Source: the human T2T-CHM13v2.0 reference genome, Homo sapiens | Assembly (NCBI RefSeq): GCF_009914755.1 | Contig: NC_060925.1 | Length of the DNA: 64,000 bases | Strand: one strand, 5' to 3' | Shown: in pieces, positions 28,235-43,100 of the stretch | Numbering within the stretch: position 1 is the stretch's first letter | Layout: the number at the start of each line of letters is the position of its first letter | The notes under the pieces: generated by a model | The model's input: the letters and a program-made list of their open reading frames with translations, nothing else | Databases searched by the model: none | What the model was told of the DNA's origin: nothing | Translations under genes and position numbers: made by a program

Positions 28235-28529
28235 CTTTGGGAGGCCAAGTTGGGCGAATCACTTGAGGTCAGGAGTTCAAGACCAATCTGGCCAACACGG
28301 TGAAACCCCGTCTCTACTGAAAACACAAAAATTAGCTGGGCTTGGTGGCAGGCACCTGTAACCCTAGCTACTCAGGAGGCTGAGGCAGGAGAATCACTTG
28401 AACCCTTACCCAGGAGACAGAGGTTGCAATGAGCCGAGATGGCACCGCGGCACTCCAGCCTGAGCAACAGCGTGACTCTATCTCAAAAAAAAAAAAAAAA
28501 AAAAGAAAGAAAGAAAGAAAGGAAGGAAG
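28235..28529 (+). mobile_element. AluS, 5'-truncated, A/(GAAA)n tail
   Basis: Starts at CTTTGGGAGG; TSD AAGAAAATATGCA(C/T)TTT at 28218-28234 and 28530-28546. Confidence 0.92.
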
Positions 28530-28659
28530 AAGAAAATATGCATTTTCTCAGGATTAAATAACAAAAAATGCCAAGTTTCTTAGCTCCAGTCAAGAAAATG
28601 ACATCACATGACAACAGCAGCCATTGCAAGTTTATCAGAAGATGGACAATTACAGATTT

Positions 28660-29400
28660 TTCATTTCTGAATAAGGAACCATTTACACAGACACATGTAT
28701 AACAAATGCCTGTGCACATCCAGGACTTGTCAAATCTTAACATTTTGCCACACCTGGTTTAGTTTTTTTATTTTCCTTTCAAGAAAGAAAGCATTACAGG
28801 CTGTGCTTCAATCCCTATTTCACCCCCTTTCAAGCCCCACTATTCCACCCATCCCAGAAATGACAACATCCCAAATTTGGTATTTATCACTCTTGCACAT
28901 TTTTATGCTTTTACTACCTATGTATGTAGCCATAAACAATATACAGAGTTTTTGGATGCTTTAAAACTGTTTAAAATGGCATCACACTGTATGCACCCTT
29001 TTGCATCTTTTTTTATTGACAAAACATTTTTGAGGGTAATCCTTGTTGACATATGTCACTCCAGGGCATTCATTTCAACTGCTTTATACCATGGTCCACT
29101 GTCTGAATAATCATTATCTATAGCACAATGTATTCATTTTCCTACTGATAAATTTTTAAGTGGTTTCCAACTTTTTATTGCAATAAATATTCTTGTAAAT
29201 CTTCATCCAAGGGTATCTTCAACCACACTAGGCATTGCCCAAATTGCTCTGCAACATCAGTGCACCAATTTACATTGCCAAGATCAATGTTTAAGTGTTT
29301 CTATTCTTTGATGCCTTTGTCAACCTTGGTACTATTTGACTATTACACTTTTCACCAATCAGATATAAGGATGAAATGGTGCCTTCTTGGTATTCTGAAA
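28660..29400 (-). mobile_element. Old L1 (L1ME-like) fragment
   Basis: AT-rich; cattcatttcaactgct..., gtttccaacttttt, ccaaattgctct...caccaatttaca typical of the reverse L1M 3' region. Confidence 0.55.
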
Positions 29401-29664
29401 ATTAATTTTAAATGGGAAAATAAATTACTAGTAAGTGCAGCTTAATCAACAAGAGTTTTCATTAACACGTGGGAATACACCAGGTGTTCCTCGGATTTTC
29501 TTGAAAATTCTACAGGGAGGGTAGGGGAGTGATGGTACAGATAAGATTGGACATGAGCTGATAATTGTTGGAACTAGGTGGTGAGTGTATGGGGGTTAAT
29601 TATCCTGTTCTCTCCACTTCGGTACATATTTGAAACTTTTCACAATAGAAAATTAAAAGAAGAA

Positions 29665-30223
<559 letters not shown>

Positions 30224-30291
30224 TTAATTATCAAATTCGTGTGTCTGATGATCCTTTACAACACTGTAGCACCTAATAAAGTGTTATCAGA

Positions 30292-30519
30292 TTTCTTTCT
30301 TTTTTTTTTTTTTGAGACTGGGTCTGATTCTGTAGCCCAGGCTGGAGTGCAGGGGTATAATAATAGCTCACTGCAGCTTCAAACTCCTGAGTTTTTTTGG
30401 TTTGTTTGTTTGTTTGTTTGGAGAGACAGTGTCTCGAACTCCTGGGCTCCAGTGATCCTCCCACCTCAGCCTCCCAAAGTGCTAGGATTACAAGCATGAG
30501 CCACTGTGCCCCAGCCCAA
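30292..30519 (-). mobile_element. AluJ-like with internal deletion and (TTTG)n
   Basis: T-tail, atagctcactgcagcttcaaactcctg, then a jump to left-arm gtctcgaactcctgggctc...ccactgtgcccc. Confidence 0.85.
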
Positions 30520-33344
30520 CATCAGATTTCAAAAGTACTACTGATATTATTATCACCATTAAAAATCACTGAAGTTTTTGTCACCCAAAGTTTTACTTTG
30601 AAATATAGAACATTTCATTTTTTTCCCACACACCTCGCATCTGATTTTTGATTTTTAACATGTGCATGGATTACCTCTTATTAGAAAAAAAAACACGAAA
30701 TTTTTTGGTAAAAGAATTATCCTTAAGTGGGTATTTTTTCCCTAAGTCTGAAATGACTTAGTAAGGATAAGAGGTCAAATCATATGCTTTGTAGTGAAAC
30801 TGGAACTATGATGAATAACATTAGAATTCTGGATGCCTTCCAGCAGCTGGAACAGGGCAGACCTGAGGCGGGAGTCCCCACGCTTAGGGGAAGGGGCTCA
30901 GGCACTGGGAGTCGGTCAGGGCTCCCAGAATGTAAAAGATACACATGAAAGAAACAAACAGTGGGACTCGGGCCAGAGCAAAATTTGGCCTAGAACGGAG
31001 CTAAAAACTGTCATAGTGGTGGGAAGAAGCAGATTGGTTCAACAGGGTAACCAAATGTGAAAAAGAAAAGCCTCACAAGAATTAAAATTGATGGTTGGAA
31101 CTGGGCGCTCCGAGGCTGTGGGCCGGTGTCCTGCCCTGAAGAGCTTGGCTGCCAGCAGGTGCAGCGCTGCCCTGGGATACCAGCTCCTGGGATGCGCTGT
31201 AGTATCATCAATCACCGCTGCTGCTCGCTGGGACTTGGAAGCACACAGTAGTAGCAGATGTCAGCAGGGGGCCACCAGGGCCACCTGCCAGTGAGCCCAC
31301 TGCTTAGCTGAGTCATGGTCAGGTTTCTCTGCAGATTGTTGCCTGAAAATATTTCACCACCTGGAACCTCCCTGTCCCACCCATCTTCACTTGCAATACT
31401 CACTCCCCTCACCTCTGCCCCTAAAGCAATTATTCATTAACCACAGGGATCCACCATCCAGGAACAAAAGAGGCTGCAAAGCTCTATCTATGCCTGCACT
31501 TCTTGGTCCAAAAGGCGCAGGGGGATGGGGGAGAGGCACCAGGGTCATGGTGCAGGCTCCGCTGTTGAGTCTCATTCCCCAAACACAATGTGACAGGTAT
31601 CAATAGTTCTGGAGTTGATCATTTCACAGAAAGGAAACTGCTATCAACCTGTCTGAGGCCACACAGCTAGTCCTGGATAAAGTGACTTAAAGAACCCAGG
31701 TCTCTGATTCCCAAATCAGTGCTCTTACCCCTCCCACGCCACCTCTCTCTTCTAAAGATCCACCCAACGGAACTGCCCCAGGGCTGGTATCCCAGCTACT
31801 TCTCCATTCATGCCGCAGGTCAATGATTCAGGGCGGACACTCCTCAAGTGACCTTCAGAGGCCCTGACTCACTCCTCCGACAGTCGTTTGTGTCTGGACT
31901 CCCAGCTGCTCCTCAGCAGCTCTGTCCTCCTTTGTACATTTATTACTGTCAGCCTGAGGCTAGCAGGAGGTCTCAATGCCTGGTGATCTGAGGCCAGCCT
32001 GTGGCCAGCCTGTCCCAGGCCCTCCCAGTCCCGTGAGGTCCTCCTGGGGATGCAGGCACAGCGACTGACAAGGATGAGGAGCAGAAGGGCAGGTGGCTTC
32101 CTGGGTGTGAGCTTGGCCTTCTGCCACGCCCATGCTCAGGTGTCTACGGGCACGTCTTGTGTTGTCACAGGTGTAGAAAGGGCTTTGACATGCGACAGAT
32201 CCTCCGATCCCTGTGAAAGAGGGATCATTGTTTCTATTCTACAGTGAGGATGCTGAAGTCCAGAAAGGTCAGGTGACTGATGAAAGGTCATAAAATTAGC
32301 AGGAATCAGGGAAAGGGCAGGAAAGCAGAGCTTCCAGTTGCAAGGTCAGGACTCTTCAGCCCAGCAGGCGAGTTTGCCAGCCAGTCTATGCCCTGGTCTC
32401 TGCCCTCCCCAAACACGTGCACCAATTTGGAGGGGCTGCTCCCAGCACGCATGCTGCAAGATAAACTTCAGTGCTCAGCCCTCTCACTGTGACAATCCCT
32501 TAGAAAGGGGTCCCACGCTGTCCATCTGGGCCCCTACACCAAAGAACACCTAATTATCAGTGGTCCCCACTCAGGAAACGTGCCCACAAATAAAGACAAA
32601 AGTAAACCCAACTACACATTCCTCAAAATCCTCCTCTCCATTTCACAGAAACACCACAGCAGAGCAGAACTGCAACCTGATAGCATCCCTGTCTGGTTTT
32701 GGCTCTTTCAAAACATCAGGGACCTCACAGGAAAACAATGCAGAAAACTGCAGTCATTTGGCCGCTTGTTAAGGAGAGCCCTGAGCAGCAAGCTCCAGAC
32801 GGGAGATGCGCCATATAACAGCAGCAGTTCCACACAGCCCTGCACAGCAGGAATTCAGCCTCTGGCAGCCGTGATGATGCTGAGGCAGTGTCCCCACTGC
32901 CCCAGTGGCTTCTGCATGCAGGTTCATTTGGGACAGGACACCTCTAACTCCATCTCTGGCCAGGAGCCAGCATAGTAGGTGCCGTGAAAGCCAGGAAGCG
33001 AACTGCACAGAATGGACTGTTCCAGTGTCCATGGGCTGCAAGTGGGTCCCACGTCACCCACAGGTGAATCTTAATTATGAACCAAGGTGACAGCAGAGAG
33101 GATGGGCAGCAAAGGAGGGTGTGTGTGGCGATCAGCCATCAGAGGAGGCGGCCCTGTGTGATGAAAGGACCTCCTCAGGAAACCTCCCCACCAGCAACTG
33201 GCTCCAAATGGTCAGACTTCCCAAGAAATTCCTGTGAAAAGGACAGGCTCAGGGCATGTGAATGTGATAGTCAGCAATTCCCACCTCAGCAGCCAGTGAC
33301 ACTACGATATAGGGAAAAGAACCTAGATTAGGCATCAAAAGTAC

Positions 33345-33975
33345 CCGGTCCCCTTCATACATGGCTGGTGGGGAGGTAGGATGGTGCAGCCACTTTGGAA
33401 AACAGTCTGGTAGTTTCTTTCAAAGTTACCAAATGACCCAGCAATCCCACTCCTAAGTATTTACCCAAGAGAAATAAAACCTGTGTCCACACAAAGACTT
33501 GTACACATCCTAATAGCTGTATTCATAGTAGCCCCAAACTGGAAACAACCCAAATGCCCATCAGTTTGTGAAGAGATGGACAAAATGTGGTATATCCATA
33601 AAACGGAACACTACTCAGCAATAAAAAGGCGTGAACTAGATATACACAAGAACATGGAGGGATCTCAAAAGCACTGTGCTGAGTGAGAGAAGCCAGATTC
33701 AAAGGGCTACACACTGTAGGATGCCATGTGCATCACATTCTGTACAGTGCAAAACTGTAGTGGCAGGATTCAGGTCCCCTGAGGCTGGGGTCCTGGAGGC
33801 AGGAAAGGGGCTGGTAGCAAGAAGGCACAAGGGAACTTTTTGGGGACAGAGGAATGGTCCATATTTGATAGGTGGTGATTATGTGGCTGCTCATGTTTGT
33901 CAACAAAGAATTACATATTTTAAACTGGTGAGTTCCGTTGTATGTAAGCAAATTATACCACAATGAAGCAAATCT
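33345..33975 (+). mobile_element. Old L1 (L1MC/ME-like) 3' region
   Basis: ggtgcagccactttggaaaacagt...gacccagcaatcccactccta..tatttacccaagagaaa...aactggaaacaacccaaatgcccatca...tgtggtatatccata. Confidence 0.85.
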
Positions 33976-35924
33976 TTAAAACACTAGGTTCCTTTTCCTT
34001 ATCTAGAGCTCAAAGTAGTGGCCCATGCTGGCTATGACTTGGAGAAATCACATAAGCTTACTGGGTCTCAACTGCTTCATTTGTACAGGTGGCTGCATAA
34101 CACTCCCCGGGCAGGGGAACTGTAGGGAGGAAATCAGAAAATGTGAGTGAACACACAGAGCAAGCAACACATAGGCCTTCCCCAAATATCCACTTCTGTT
34201 TTCTTTCCTCAGTGTGAGTAAGTGGCTCTAATGATCCACAAACCTTCCAACCAGCCAAGTCAAGGACCAGCAGGAGGACTCAGGAAAGTACTGAAATGCT
34301 GGGGAGAACCAGGACAGCGGCTGAGCACAGCCAGACAGGGAGGGCAGCCTGGTGGGGCCCTGGAAGCCATGGACGCGACTGCGCTGGGAGTGGGGATGGG
34401 AGGTAGCAGGAGTTGGTGGGTGGGGCACAAAGTGGGAGCCAGGGCCGAATTGCTGCTGATTTGACCATTTTGCAAAAGGCCAGCCTGGCTGTGGCCTCAG
34501 GCCTCTCACTTCCTCTACCCTAATGAGGGGTCATAGAAGTGCCTTCCCACAACTGCAGCATCTCCCTCCACATTTGGGCTCAAATACAGAGTGGGGCCGG
34601 AGACAGAAAAAGTCTCCGTGACACACTGTGATTTGTTTCTGCACCGTGTGAACCCTTGGCTCTGTGACACGGAACACAAGTTTCAGCAGTTCCTGTCACT
34701 TCCCACAGGCGAAACAGACAGAGCCTTCTTTTGTCCGGCTTCTGGTGAAACGCCATTATCGTTATTTTTAGGAGGAAGATGGAGAATTGGGGGGGGTCCA
34801 CACAAAGAGGATGGATTCAGAAGACTTCCAGGAACCTTAAAAGCCTTGGAAACTAATTGTGCCAGTTCTTTTTGATGTCTAATTTTACTCCAAAAGTTCC
34901 TCTCAGCACAATATATTAATACTTATCAGCCAAGAGAAGGTTAGGTTTTGGCTCACAAACAGTCAAGGAGAGAATCTCCTTAATTCATTGAGAAGGCAGA
35001 AGATGGCGTTAAAGAGTATTCATAGGTAACTAAGATTGCCAGAGGGAGAATCGAGTGAGTTGTCAGCGGTGAAATACAGAGGAGGTAGAGAGAGCTACAC
35101 TGAGACAACAAAGGCAGCTTAAGGGAACAAAGCCAGCTAAGGGAACAAAGCCGGGGTCCCTCAGGTCTGTGGCCACCGGCTACAGCCAGGACAGCCTGGT
35201 AGCTGAAGAGCACGTCCTTGCCTGTTACATGCCTGTGTTTCAAGTGATGCTAACTTGCTAATGCAGATGTCTCCCCAAACCCTGCCCCTGGCTCACCACC
35301 CAGTGAGCAATCACTCACTTTCCCCAGGACACCTTCAGGGAGGTACTCTGCCAGCACCGCACACTTAAACGGCTAATGCAGGTTCTTCTCTCAGACGCAG
35401 CACAGTTCCTGAGATGACGTCAGCGCTGCTTGCTGAAAGCACCAGGCAAGGAGGCAAAACAAAGGAAATCCTAAAGAGCAGGCGAGAGAACAGTGGAACT
35501 GGCAGAGAGAGGCACTGGTGCAGATGGAGAGGGCAGCAATAAAAACTGGGGGACACTTAGAGGCAAAGGTATGGCAGGTGACAAAAAAGATGAGGCTGAA
35601 GGTCAGGAGAGACCCAGGCAGCGATGCCCAAATGACCGGCTGAGGAATCACCTCACTGCTGCCGATGCCCTTGACAGCGATGTCTGAGGCTGGCGTGAGT
35701 GCTCCATGCTCAGAGATACCTAGAACCCAGCTACAATGGCCTTATCAGACTGAAACAAGAACACCAAGATATTCCAAGGGAGGTGACAATGGGGTCCAAA
35801 GGTCGTGCCTTTATGGCTCGCAACTATGTGCTGAGTGTGGCCCAAATTCCAGCTCCAAATGGTCACACCATGTCTACAGCCAATCAGCTGACCGGGGTGG
35901 CAACCCCTGGCTCTGCTCAACAAT

Positions 35925-36085
35925 AATGACAACCACCATTTATTGAGCCCTTACTATGTGCCAGACCGATGCTAAGTGCTTTCCTCAGATGTTTCCATTT
36001 AACTCTTAAAATCACCCTAATGAGTATTTCCTATTATTTTACAGATGAGGAAATGAGAGTTTAGAAAAGTAACTTGCAAAATCAT
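35925..36085 (-). mobile_element. MIR SINE
   Basis: atttattgagcccttactatgtgccag...attttacagatgaggaaa. Confidence 0.75.
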
Positions 36086-36237
36086 ACTGCTGGCTCCATA
36101 ACAAATGTTGATTGAATGTTGTCTGGGCGGACAGAGGCAAGGATGACCGGAACAAGACAAACAAACGAAAGGCCGACTGACAGACCACTCGGGTAGCACT
36201 TTTTCTGGGATTAAGCTTAGACCTTGTAGGCCTATCA

Positions 36238-36654
<417 letters not shown>

Positions 36655-38619
36655 TCAACTCTCCATTCAACAGAGAAACAGTGCCACCACTGTCTTTAAA
36701 TTTTCAAACTTATCAAGAAAAGCTCCAGAGAGGACAATGCCAGCAATGCCGGCTGTCTCCCAAGTCTGAAGGGTTTTCCTCTGGGTATTAGGAGTTGAGG
36801 TGTTCGGTTAGAGAAGAAACAGGATGCACGGGAGATCACACACAGAGTAAGAGGTGCCTCTCAAATGCCTTTCCCACGTGTCTAACTCTGCTTTGTTTAA
36901 AGCACAGTCAGACCCGCCATCTGCACTTTTACCTGCTGCCTGACGAAAACCAGATGCCAAAGCCAAAGGCCTCCCAGCACTCACAAGGCCCTTTGCCCTT
37001 AGGAAAACACCATGATTCAGCCAGGCAAGATTGATGCAACACTGTAACAAAGCGTGTGCAAAGTGCCTAGCTCCGGACTGCTTGCAGAAAAGGCACATTT
37101 TGACTCTTCTGAGAGTGGGAAAGATTTGAAAGATGGGATTTGCACCTTATTCCTATTCAGGTCTGGAGATCTGGAACTTCTTCCTGAAGCTCCATGTTTA
37201 GCCAGATAATTGAGACACTCCACCTGGTCACCACTGGACCCCAGCCACCCAAACATTCTCCTCTGCAAGGCACTTGGCATTCTGGTGCCTGTGGAGAGAG
37301 CAGCCTTCTCACCAGCACAGCTCATGAACAAGGATGCCCTTCCCTGGACAGCCAAGATGTAAACCTGCCCCCAGAAACACTGAGAGTCCTAGAGGTAGAA
37401 TGAGTCAGCCAGCAAGCTCCAGCCCATTGACAGCAGACCCCTGAGCAAATCAAGTCAGGAGAAGGTAGACAACTGTACCATGAAGACCACATACCACCCA
37501 GACCCAACACAAATAGCTGTCAGCACTGCCACCCATTACAGCTTCAGATCTCGCTTCTACCAGGATTTCCCAGCTGAGCAAGAACCGTCAAAGTCTGGTC
37601 CTGGAAGGACAGCCCTCCCCGTCTTGGCAGCCACACTTTCTGGCCCTAGCCCAAGGCTGCTGTGGCATGGAAGGAATCAATGGAGGAATACATGGCTCTT
37701 CCCTGGTTCCTTCCTCTCCCACTTCATTGACTAACGCTAGTCACATGGCCCCAACTGAACTGTGAGGGAGGCTGGAAAATCTGGAGTATGTGCATGTCTA
37801 GTGAGTTGCCTCTACCACATCCTCTTAACCCTTGGCCTCTCATTCCCAAAGTCTAGCCCTATTTTCAAATGAATTCAACGCCTCATTACTTAGATCTTTC
37901 CTCATTACCTCAAAGCCATAGTGGCAAAAGGCAAACAGCATCTTCCTAAAATCTTCCTCTTCCTAAAATCTTCCTCTTCCATCTTCCTCCCCTAGATATC
38001 CATCTTACCCTTCTTCACCAGTTAATTTATTACAATCTTCCTTTGACAGCTTCACTCCCTCCCCGCACTGCTATCAACTCAAATGTGAGTTATTCCAGTA
38101 GCTTGAACTTGTCACTGGCCTTTTACTTTCTTCCCCTTCCAAAGAACCTGGTACCCAGCTACTTAATCCTTATCCTTCTTCCCAAGGCCCACTTTCATTC
38201 CTTTCTCCCCTGTTCATAAGCCTGTAATACTTTTCCGGCTGCATAAGTCACGTGTCACCATATAAACTCACAATTTGAGGTGCTCTAGAATCTGTCCGTG
38301 GAATTAGTCAGGACATAATCTCCCTGTTTTTTGGCAGCGCCACATCCACACCTGTCTTCACAGGTTTGCTCATGCCACCATTCCTTTCCCCAGAACGCCC
38401 TTCTGCTCCTCCCACACAAATCCTAATCCTACCTCAGGATCCATTTCAAATACAATCTCCTCACTCAACTCTTTCCTACCAACTTGCTTTCCCCTCTCCT
38501 TTCTGCCTTACCACAAAGCTAAGCTCTGTCTCTGAATAATGTGCTTTTTGATGATAATCTGAATGGTACAAGAAGAAATCCTGTTTCATGCTCCTTTGAG
38601 GGAGTGTCTAACATAGGTT

Positions 38620-39100
38620 AGACACTATAAGTAGTAGAAAATTCCAACTCAACTGGCTTCAACAGTGAGGACAAAATGTATGGAGATTGGACTGTTCAGT
38701 CTTCAGGGGCTTGGCCCTCAGGGTTTTTCCCATCTCTTCCCGTCTGCTGGCCTCAACAAACCTGCTTTCCTCATTGCAACAAGATGGCTGCTTCATGTCC
38801 GAGAATCTAGTGAAAGAAGCTGTCCCTTCTGCATTTCCTTTTACAATGAAAAACATCTTTCCCAGAATCTCCCAGCAGACTTCTCATACCTCAGTGGCCA
38901 AAACCATGTCACACGCCCATGTCTAAATTACGGGCCTCCAGGATGGGCTCAGCTCAATCAGCACGTACCCTAGAGCTGGAGGCAGGGTCACCTTTCCTTG
39001 AGTGGCATGTGGGAGAGGTGTGGCATCCAACCCAACTGGGTCCTGCCAACAGGAAGAGAAAAGAAGAGCCACTGTAGGTAACCAATCACGTCTACCACAG
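38620..39100 (-). mobile_element. MLT1 (K/L-like) LTR, degenerate
   Basis: caactcaactggctt...caagatggctg...tttcccagaa..cccagcagacttctc..acctcagtggccaaaac..tgtcac. Confidence 0.55.
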
Positions 39101-40075
39101 GCAGGGACCAATACCACATATCTGTGTTTCCCCTCACTTGCCACCCCCATCCTGTGCTGGCAGATAAGGATGCTCAACAAATAGCTGTGGAACTACAAAT
39201 TATCCTGTGGGTGTGAGAAAAGAGTGTGCATTATAATAGGGTGCTACAATTGGACATGTGTGCACAGAAAATGGAAAAAGAGCCATGAAATCCAAACAGA
39301 TGCAAAAACGTTCTTAACACAGAAGGTTTGGGAAGCTCTGATCTAAGCCCTAGCCTGGGCCCTACTCCCAGTTCCACAGATAGGGAGCAGGCCCCAGGCC
39401 AGAGTGCTGGGCTTCTCCCAGCGGGATCCAGCTGGGGCCTTCTCCTCAGTTCAACCCTTGCCTCTGAGGACCAGTGGTCTACAGTCCAGCCCACAACCCT
39501 TCAGACAGAAGTTCCAGGCACAAAAAGGAAGCTCACAATAAGGAACGCCCATGCCTAGCCATAACTGAGCACATCACAGACTCACACAAATCTGTGGAAT
39601 GAGTGCATGATCTCATGAGCTCTGGTCTGGAAAAGTAAGTCTCCCTACACTAAGACTTAAAGGGAAGGCTTCTTTGGCTATGCCAGTATCTCTTTCCTGC
39701 CTCTTTCTTCTTCAGGCCAAATGGCTCCTATCCCTGCCTTCCATCTTAGCTTTCCAGCATACTCTTCCCAGGTTCTTTGGGCTACTGACAAGCACTCCAG
39801 ACCCAAATACACATGCTCCCACCTGAGGCTGGGAAATGTACCAAGAACTGCATAGAAAATATACTGGACAAAAGGCACTCCAGTCTCACAGATATCCAGT
39901 CCCACAGTCTATATCACAGATCACCAGTTTTAGCTGTTTGAAGTTTTAGAATTCCTTTTCAAATACCATAGCTAGCATTTCTTTGGCTAGAGAAAACTGT
40001 GTTAAATGCAGCCTACCATAGGATCGTTGATTACAACATGCATTCAACATTCAATACATATTGACTGAGCAACTA

Positions 40076-40150
40076 TTAGGTTGAACTATGTGACATTATT
40101 GACATTCGACTGCTTCTGACCTATCAAAATGGCAATAAAGCTCAACTTAA
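40076..40150. mobile_element. MADE2-like mariner MITE
   Basis: ~75 bp with inverted ends TTAGGTTGAAC...CTCAACTTAA flanked by TA; internal tgacctatcaaaatggcaat. Confidence 0.7.
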
Positions 40151-43100
40151 TATTTACTCTATTCCAAGCAGTAGGCTAAGGAAGGATTTGGGACACCATG
40201 ACAAACAACACAGAAGTAACCCCTATCTTAATGGAACTTAAAATCTAGTTTATTAAACCATTACTCACAAAAGTACAATCCAACTTCAGGATTGTAATTA
40301 ATTATAAATGCATTTATTTGTTTACTGCCTGACTTCTTTGCTAGCCTATAAACTACACAAAGATGAGGATTATGTCTCCTCCATTTCACACACTGGCCAA
40401 GCATATAGCAGAACACATCATATATTTGTTAAATGTATTGATTAGTGTTACAACAGACAATTGCATGTGCTATGGAAGCATTTGGCAGAGAGATCTAATC
40501 TAATCTTGGAAGGTGAGGATCCTGGACGTCACTAACTTGGAATTTCTGATACTGATGATATAAGGTTGAGTTAGGTCTTCATGAAACAGGTCTCTATACA
40601 GCATATAAACAACTACCAGCATGCACAGGGGTTTCATAGGGACTATTTAAAATACTTAAGAGAACAAACGGTTTTCAAGCTCAGTCTAGTATTTCAGAAA
40701 TTCCATTTACATAAACAATTGGTGCACTAATTGCAAATCATTCTTATTTCTCTCCTAAAGCAGTATCCCCTAAGGATCTTTATTAGGCATTCTATTAGCC
40801 TAGTTTGAGTTACAGTATTTACTTAAAAGTAATAACAGTGAAGTTCTTGAAAAATATTTGGTAATTCAGACATTTTACTAATTCAAACTAATCTTCCTCA
40901 TTAGTCTACATTGTTAGAGGTTGAACCATTATATTAAGAGAAAGTATCAAAAGCTTCACTTAGAGTAACAGTCACCAAATTCTTTTGCAAGACACCTTGG
41001 TAGCAGGAACCTGGGCTAACATCAGGAGGTAGGTAGAAATAGAAAATAAAGGAATGACAATTTGAAGAGCAACTGCAATCCAATTTAGTCCAACAGATGA
41101 CACACATATGAAGTCACATTCAAATTATAAGCAGAGCACAAAAAAATTTTAGATCCTTATCTTTTGATTAACCTGGTATCATTCAAGGAAAAATGTCAGG
41201 GAACACCACTGACCAGCAGTCCTCTCTTATCTATTTTGCAGATCTTATCCATTTTTCTCCCTGAGAACCAGCCCTGGACACAAACTGCATAAACATCAAT
41301 GAGCCTAGACAGTGTCTTCATGTGTGTTTGGCCTGCCATTGTTCTCTGTACCCGTACGGAGATTTAGTAACACACTGGTCACATTCATGGGGCATCTTGA
41401 ACTCTCTTGACATGGTAAATGAACAGCAGGCTCTGTCCCCATGCCAAAAGCAAACAAAAACCTGTCCCCAGCAAGGAAGACACCCAGTCTCTCCAAAGGA
41501 TGCCAAAGTCCCCATCCAGCCTCCTTTGCAGAGCCTCACAAATCTCTCGGATGCAGGCAGGATGATCATGGGCTAGGGAAGATTATGCTCTGAATGTCTT
41601 AAGAGATTAGTTACTTAAAATCCTCCACATGACTTCAGTCATCCCCGTTACAGATCACAGAGTAAAAAGCCTACTTGATTAAAGCTGAATGCCTATACAT
41701 TTGCAAAAGGGAAAATATGCAGAAGAAAACAAGAGTCAGATTACTGATGGGCATAGCACCAGCTCTAGGACATCAGAGGTGTTGAATAAATGATGACAAG
41801 GAGGCACATATAGTTCTGATATATTCACCATAAATACCACAGTCCTCAAGGCTCTCTCAGTTACTTACTTCCCCCCAAATCAGAGACTGAATCTGGCCTT
41901 ATCTTCAAATGAGGCCCAGCTCTCCCCAAATTCCAAATATGGGAAATTACAGCTCCTCTGTGGTAGGGGGAAGAGTGGGAAGGCGAATGTTTGTATTGCA
42001 TAATGTTTTAATTTAAAACAAAGATGACGTGCATCAGAGTCTCTTTCTCATCTCCTGTTAGGGGCATTTTCCAGTACTCCTTCCACCCTCTACCCACCCA
42101 GGTCACCATGGTCTTTTTCTTCCCTCTAGGACAATTCACCTTTAAAATAAGAGGACTGGGCAAGAAATCTACAAAGATTTTTCTAAAATGAACTCAGGCC
42201 TAGAGGCATATTAGTTCTCTATCTTGTTGCTCCCTTCTAGAAGTGCACAGTTCAGAGGGATGCCCAGCCACAGAGGTGCCGAAACGCAGAACTGGAACCA
42301 ATCACCTGCTCCAACAGAGAGAAGGCGAAAGCACTGGGCAGCGTGCTCAGAATGTGCTCTTGCTTCTTTGTAACGAAATATCAGAAGACAGATTGTAACG
42401 TTGTTCAGCAAGCTATTTTTTGTACTGAAACATCAGAAGGCATTATGAAACTGTTCAGCAAATCATCTCTAAACAATGTCATAAAGGGTTACCTAGTTTG
42501 GGGTAAGCCCGGAATGAATATCTGCACCATCATTCCTCACACTAACAAACATGTCCATCTATGTGAAGCAGAATTCCCAACACACCACCATCTCCAAACC
42601 AACACCAAACCACTGCCAAACAAAGCTGAAGAGGAAAACCAGAAAGGTCTCTGAGAAGTGCTGCTTGTAGGGAGAAGAATGGCCCTGCACAGAGGCTCCT
42701 GAGGGCAGCAGGCACCTGCTTTGGCACCTTGGCAATTTCCACCAGGCAGAATTTACAACCGTCTGGGACCTGCAGTCTCAGAGGGCTCACGGAGAAGGGG
42801 GAAGCTCTTGGCTACCCAGGAGGTCACCAGTGTCTCTGAGAAAAGTGCAGATCAATGCCTCCTTAGGGTTAACCCCAGGTTGGGAGAGGGCATCTGGCAA
42901 GGAACAGACCTGGAAGAGCCTGCCCTTCATCGAGCTGCTACAGCAGCTTCTGGGAATTTGTAAGAGCCATACTGATGAGGGTCCCTCACCCTCCCTTGCC
43001 AGGGCGCCCTCAGGGAGGCCACACTGCAGGAGGCAAAGTATGAGGTGGGGAAGATGGATCGGCCTTATACTCACCACCCCCCATACGAGGCTCCTCTGGT

